A DNA stretch of 64,000 nucleotides from an uncultured virus (IMG/VR IMGVR_UViG_2788500088_000017) (taxonomy: Duplodnaviria > Heunggongvirae > Uroviricota > Caudoviricetes), in IMG/VR virus record IMGVR_UViG_2788500088_000017. One strand, written 5' to 3'. Below the pieces are notes generated by a model. It was not told where the DNA came from. It saw only the letters and a list, made by a program, of their open reading frames with translations, and made no database searches. Below are positions 60,221-64,000 of the stretch, piece by piece. Position numbers and translations under genes: made by a program. The first letter of the stretch is position 1. The number at the start of each line of letters is the position of its first letter.

Positions 60221-60726
60221 TCTTCTTCACCTCGTCCGTAGTTGGAGGGAGCGTGGTCAGCCCAGCGCAGATGTTCGCGCGTCTTCTCGTAGTAGGCGTT
60301 GTTGGAGTCCAAGGTCTCCTGCTTGAAGACAATGTCAATCTCGCCGTCAATGTAGAAGTTGCCGAAGAGCGTTTGTTGTCCGTGNGTCATGGTTTTGTCA
60401 ATCATGCCAGCCACCTCGTTGAGTCGCTTCATCATTTTGTCGTAGCCTGCGATGGTGTCCGGGCTTCTCAAGTCGGGCTTGCCCCACTTAATGGTAGCGG
60501 CGCGGGTGTAGCGGTAGAGCCAGCGTGCGTTCTCGGAACTCACAACAGCCCAGCGCACAAGAGAGTGATTCATCGGCTTGGTGTTCATCTCGGAAACATC
60601 GGCCCCTTCGTGTTGGAATGCGGAGACAAGGATTCGCGCGCCTTCGTAAGCGGCAGATTCGCAGTCAAGCCAGCAAAGACTATTCGCGCTCTTCACAGGG
60701 TTTGGGTCAAGGACGAAGAAGGTCAT
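60217..60726 (-). CDS. Divergent paralog of pyrimidine-dimer-glycosylase-like protein
   Basis: FFVLDPNP..SA..C, E..IL, NH...W...S.EN..W align with 61661-62206. Confidence 0.55.
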   Translation of the reverse strand: MTFFVLDPNPVKSANSLCWLDCESAAYEGARILVSAFQHEGADVSEMNTKPMNHSLVRWAVVSSENARWLYRYTRAATIKWGKPDLRSPDTIAGYDKMMKRLNEVAGMIDKTMXHGQQTLFGNFYIDGEIDIVFKQETLDSNNAYYEKTREHLRWADHAPSNYGRGEEE

Positions 60727-61055
60727 TGCTCTTCCTCCTTGCTGTTGTGCGCGTCAAAGAATTGTTGCAGGGTGTAGTCATGTTCTTTGAAAGTGACCAT
60801 GATGAGACCAGCCACTTCCTTCGGGTTGCCGCGCATGTGTTCACACCATGCACCGCTTCGTGAGCAGACGAGTCGGATGCCACCGACGCGCTCTTCTGTT
60901 TCGTCAATGGAATACTGAAAAGTCCACTTGAAACCTTGAAGGAAGCAAGCGGACAACTTTTGCAAAAGGACGGCGCGGTCTTCCATCTCTTGGGCTTGAC
61001 GCACCATTTCGGCTTGCTGTTCTCGCAGTTGTTCCAATGCGTCTTCGGGGTTCAT
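60723..61055 (-). CDS. Hypothetical protein
   Basis: Coupled ORF. Confidence 0.55.
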   Translation of the reverse strand: MNPEDALEQLREQQAEMVRQAQEMEDRAVLLQKLSACFLQGFKWTFQYSIDETEERVGGIRLVCSRSGAWCEHMRGNPKEVAGLIMVTFKEHDYTLQQFFDAHNSKEEEQ

Positions 61056-61333
61056 TGTTCACCACATCCTGCACACTCATATTCAGTATCTCTCCAAACA
61101 TTGCACTTTTGGCATATTTCAAAACCACAGTCATTCAGTAAATCATGNCAGTCTCTTAGTTCCGATTTTAGTTCTTCTATTGCGCTGTTCGCATCTTTCA
61201 ATTGCTTTTCCAAAACAACAACAGGGTTATTTTCACTACCTGCCCAACCGCAACGGCCACAAGCATAGTAATCATCATCAACTTCATTCGCCATTCGGCC
61301 ACAGTCTTCTCCTTGACATTCTATTTGTTTCAT
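61052..61333 (-). CDS. Double zinc-ribbon/coiled-coil protein
   Basis: C....C..CGRC and CQKC..CAGC. Confidence 0.55.
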   Translation of the reverse strand: MKQIECQGEDCGRMANEVDDDYYACGRCGWAGSENNPVVVLEKQLKDANSAIEELKSELRDXHDLLNDCGFEICQKCNVWRDTEYECAGCGEQ

Positions 61334-61488
61334 TCTTCTTCACCTCGCGGTCGTAGTGCGTCCATTACTGATGACACATCGTTGCCGCTGATGTGTCCAT
61401 CGCCAACATTGGAGAGCCAGTNGCGTATGAACTNCCAATGCGTTTCCAATTGTTCAACGCGGTCTTCCAATGTCTCTTGAGGACTCAT
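61330..61488 (-). CDS. 52-aa hypothetical protein, paralog of neighbour (absent from track)
   Basis: ATGA overlaps; DGHISGNDV. Confidence 0.55.
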   Translation of the reverse strand: MSPQETLEDRVEQLETHWXFIRXWLSNVGDGHISGNDVSSVMDALRPRGEEE

Positions 61489-61562
61489 TGTTCATCACCT
61501 TGTAGTGGTTTCAAAATGGTGTCCATCACTCTTAGCACATCGTTGCCGCTGATGTGTCCATC
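61375..61562. repeat. 27-bp exact direct repeat
   Basis: CACATCGTTGCCGCTGATGTGTCCATC at 61375-61401 and 61536-61562. Confidence 0.85.
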
Positions 61563-61664
61563 AGCAACCTCGTCAAGCCAAAAGCGTAGGGTTTCCCATT
61601 TGTTTTTCAACCGTTCGTTTTCTTCTGTCAGTCGGGCCTCGTTCATATTCGTTTGTCGGGTCAT
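61485..61664 (-). CDS. 59-aa hypothetical protein, paralog of neighbour (absent from track)
   Basis: GAGGTGA SD, ATGA overlaps; DGHISGNDV. Confidence 0.55.
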   Translation of the reverse strand: MTRQTNMNEARLTEENERLKNKWETLRFWLDEVADGHISGNDVLRVMDTILKPLQGDEQ

Positions 61665-62206
61665 TGTTTCACCTCATTGTTTACCCACCATGAAGGCGCG
61701 GGTGTGCCTTTTTCCCACCAAGGCGGAACGAGGGAATCCCCTCGCTTGAACCGCTTGGTGAAGTAGTATTCGCGGTATGCTTCAACCGCGGTGTATTTCT
61801 GCTCGTCCATCAAGTGGTCGTTGCCATTGAAAGCGCGAGCGAAGGGCGTGAGTCCGCCCGAAGGAACGAGATAGTCCATCTCGGACATGTGGAGTAGCGC
61901 GTCGTGACAAGCGTGCCGCCTGCCGTATCGCTTGGTGTATTCTTCATAGAGTGCGAGGCCGTGTTCAACGGCCCACAAGAAGTTGTAGTGGCTATCACCA
62001 ACCCACCGGGTGCATGGATGGTTAGGGTAGCCGCCAATCCAAGGTGTGCCTTTGCTTGTAAGCGGCATCTCCTCGTCTCGCGCGCCGTGTCGTCGTAGTG
62101 CATCGCTGACTTCTTGCGTCAGTTCAAGGGGCATCTTCACCGCGTGTTTGTCACAATGCATTCGCGCGGCGATGGTTGGGTCTTCGTGTAGTATGAAAAT
62201 GTTCAT
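61661..62206 (-). CDS. Pyrimidine-dimer DNA glycosylase-like (DenV-related) protein
   Basis: MNIFIL....AA..HCDKH.VKM.LE, NHPCT.W, EY..RY...H, AYR.YY..K family signature. Confidence 0.7.
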   Translation of the reverse strand: MNIFILHEDPTIAARMHCDKHAVKMPLELTQEVSDALRRHGARDEEMPLTSKGTPWIGGYPNHPCTRWVGDSHYNFLWAVEHGLALYEEYTKRYGRRHACHDALLHMSEMDYLVPSGGLTPFARAFNGNDHLMDEQKYTAVEAYREYYFTKRFKRGDSLVPPWWEKGTPAPSWWVNNEVKQ

Positions 62207-62442
62207 GCGTCCAGCCTCCTGTCAATCTCAACACAGTTCATCATCCAAAACATCATCACATTGCGCCAGTCCTTCATCGTGAAAGGGTTGCCCTGCGCGT
62301 CTTCTGCGTCGGGGAAGTGTTCAGCGAGGTAGAGATGCGCGCTCATCATGTTGCCGTAGTTGGTGTCGGAGTCGCGAATGACTTTGAGAAGGATGAGGTA
62401 TTCTTTCCACTCTTCGTATTTCTCTTCGTCCATCAGTTCCAC
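62203..62442 (-). CDS. Hypothetical protein
   Basis: Coupled ORF. Confidence 0.5.
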   Translation of the reverse strand: MELMDEEKYEEWKEYLILLKVIRDSDTNYGNMMSAHLYLAEHFPDAEDAQGNPFTMKDWRNVMMFWMMNCVEIDRRLDA

Positions 62443-62786
62443 TCTCCTGTCGTTGGGTCAAAGGTTGGTTCGCTGGATGGCGTCGGCTCCACCTTCTTCA
62501 AAAGCGTGATGTGCATGTCCCATAACTTCGTGCCAAACGCGCGGTTGGTCTGCTTGACGATGGCCTTCGTGGATTTGATTTTCTCCACGATGCCTTCACC
62601 GTGTCCGCCATCGCGAAACCTCCAACACACGATGTCGCCAACGCGCAAGGATGCCTTGATGTTCGCTCGTCGTATCTGTCGTTTCGCCATGATGACATCG
62701 CGCATGTATTTGTGCAGGTNGCGCAGTTCGTCTTCACTCATGTTTTCAATTTCTTTCTTCATTTTTTGTGGTATCATTTTTCTCAC
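62433..62786 (-). CDS. SH3/KOW-like small protein
   Basis: LRVGDIV.W....G.GIVEKI..TKAIV. Confidence 0.5.
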   Translation of the reverse strand: MRKMIPQKMKKEIENMSEDELRXLHKYMRDVIMAKRQIRRANIKASLRVGDIVCWRFRDGGHGEGIVEKIKSTKAIVKQTNRAFGTKLWDMHITLLKKVEPTPSSEPTFDPTTGEWN

Positions 62787-63295
62787 TCCATTTCTCCTGT
62801 TAGTGGATTGAATGTTTTGGCCTTCTCTTCATTGACGATGTAAGGCGCGATGAAGCAACCCCACGCACCGTCGGGACAGACAATATGCATGACGGTTCCC
62901 TTGAACCAAATGGTGAGATGGTCTTCCTTGCGCGTGTAATGTTTGATGAACATCTTGATGAACTTCGGTTCAAAGTGTGCGTCGCGATACTTCCACAACT
63001 CTTTTTTCTCCAAAGACTTGAGAGCCATGCGAAGGTTCTCAACGGACATGGTCACAGGATTTGACATGACACTATCCATCAACTTCTCATTCTTCTCCGC
63101 GCTGTAAGGCTGACCGTGTTTGGTCATCATGTCAAGACGAGCGCGGTTGGAAAAGGGAACAATCATCATCGCATGCGATGGGTGAACGATGCCGGAGTAT
63201 CTGTGCTGGGAACCGCTAAACTTGAAGGAGTTNTTCTCCCCCGCGAGCCAGTCTTCGGTTGTCATCCTCATGTCAGTCATCGGACTCGCCTCCAA
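62783..63295 (-). CDS. Hypothetical protein
   Basis: Coupled ORF; start uncertain. Confidence 0.5.
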   Translation of the reverse strand: MEASPMTDMRMTTEDWLAGEXNSFKFSGSQHRYSGIVHPSHAMMIVPFSNRARLDMMTKHGQPYSAEKNEKLMDSVMSNPVTMSVENLRMALKSLEKKELWKYRDAHFEPKFIKMFIKHYTRKEDHLTIWFKGTVMHIVCPDGAWGCFIAPYIVNEEKAKTFNPLTGEME

Positions 63296-63612
63296 AAGTT
63301 GCGTCGCTTTGCGAGAGTTGTGACCTTGACGAACTTGTCATCGCATCTCAAGAACATGGCAAGCGCGTCAACATTGCGCGGCAGGTCTTGATGGCCGGGG
63401 CCGTGGGTGTCAATGATTCTGTCCATGATGGTGCGCGCTTTCAAAGTCTCATCAACTTTCACGACACCGTAGACAAGACGAAGAGCATTCCGTCGCTTGC
63501 GAGCCGCCCTCGTTTCACCCGGTCGTCGGACACGGTGGTTGATGGGTTGTTGAAGTTCGCGCTTCACTCGCTCACCTCCATCGTGCTGACACCTTGGAAC
63601 TCGTATCCCCAA
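63277..63612 (-). CDS. Hypothetical basic protein (possibly wHTH)
   Basis: ORF in gene chain; true start probably GTG near 63567. Confidence 0.45.
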   Translation of the reverse strand: MGIRVPRCQHDGGERVKRELQQPINHRVRRPGETRAARKRRNALRLVYGVVKVDETLKARTIMDRIIDTHGPGHQDLPRNVDALAMFLRCDDKFVKVTTLAKRRNFWRRVR

Positions 63613-63956
63613 TTGATGTAGTCTGCGAGAAGACTGGCTTGCGTGTTTGCGATGGCTTGCTTGCGCTCTACCTTGTCGGAGAGTAAGTGAGCATCAACCA
63701 ACTCGCGTAGCATGAGAAGCACGCTTTGCTGGTTGCCAAGGTCAAGCGAGCCAACTGCGGCGCGTGTTATTCCTGTGGGAATGAGTGCCTTGACCAAGTC
63801 GTAGCAAGCCATCTCCGAACTGCTTCCGCTTTCGGTGNAGCGTCCTTTGACGCGTATGACTGAACGGCTGATGTAGTCGTTCTCCCATTGAGAACGCTCG
63901 CGAATGCTCACGCTTTCAATGCCGACTTCGCCGGTGGCGTATGTCCAAAAGTTCAT
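63564..63956 (-). CDS. Hypothetical protein
   Basis: ORF in gene chain. Confidence 0.5.
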   Translation of the reverse strand: MNFWTYATGEVGIESVSIRERSQWENDYISRSVIRVKGRXTESGSSSEMACYDLVKALIPTGITRAAVGSLDLGNQQSVLLMLRELVDAHLLSDKVERKQAIANTQASLLADYINWGYEFQGVSTMEVSE

Positions 63957-64000
63957 CGGCCATCGTCTTCCCGTGTTCTTACAAACGACATCGTAGACCT

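Larger units (their letters stand above)
1..64000. mobile_element. Archaeal head-tailed virus genome segment (magrovirus-like, Caudoviricetes)
   Basis: HK97-type head genes, siphovirus-like tail module and archaeal-type replisome; dense coupled genes with ATGA/TGATG overlaps and GAGGTGA SD motifs; no cellular housekeeping operons. Confidence 0.88.

Noticed and set aside
1..64000. tRNA/rRNA genes, integrase, terminase and portal
   Set aside because: None recognisable by eye; intergenic space is minimal; packaging genes probably lie outside the window

Overview
This 64-kb window is part of a head-tailed dsDNA virus of archaea. It best fits a magrovirus-like virus of Marine Group II/Poseidoniales; that host and lineage call is inferred from gene content (group II chaperonin, PolB, PCNA-like clamp, RFC, MCM-like ATPase, fused PriS-PriL primase, ERCC4 nuclease) and GAGGTGA/GGAGG ribosome-binding sites. 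The + strand (1-39148) is a virion morphogenesis block: a 5'-truncated large protein with a ligase-like domain, prohead protease-scaffold, HK97-type capsid, head-tail connectors, tail tube, tail chaperone with a -1 frameshift, tape measure, a 5.1-kaa tail protein, a tail fibre and probable internal head proteins. The - strand (39120-64000) is a replication/repair block followed by small accessory genes. Terminase and portal are not recognisable in the window. The most notable signals are: (i) a recurring 'AWxxLK|G' and 'hydrophobic-hydrophobic-K|small or acidic' motif suggesting a capsid-targeting and protease-maturation system that packages cargo, including a metallothionein-like peptide; (ii) two ATP-dependent-ligase-fold proteins, both lacking the catalytic lysine; (iii) a PolB with substituted active-site motifs; (iv) apparent near-total avoidance of several palindromic sites. 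All calls come from motif reading by eye; no searches or counts were run.
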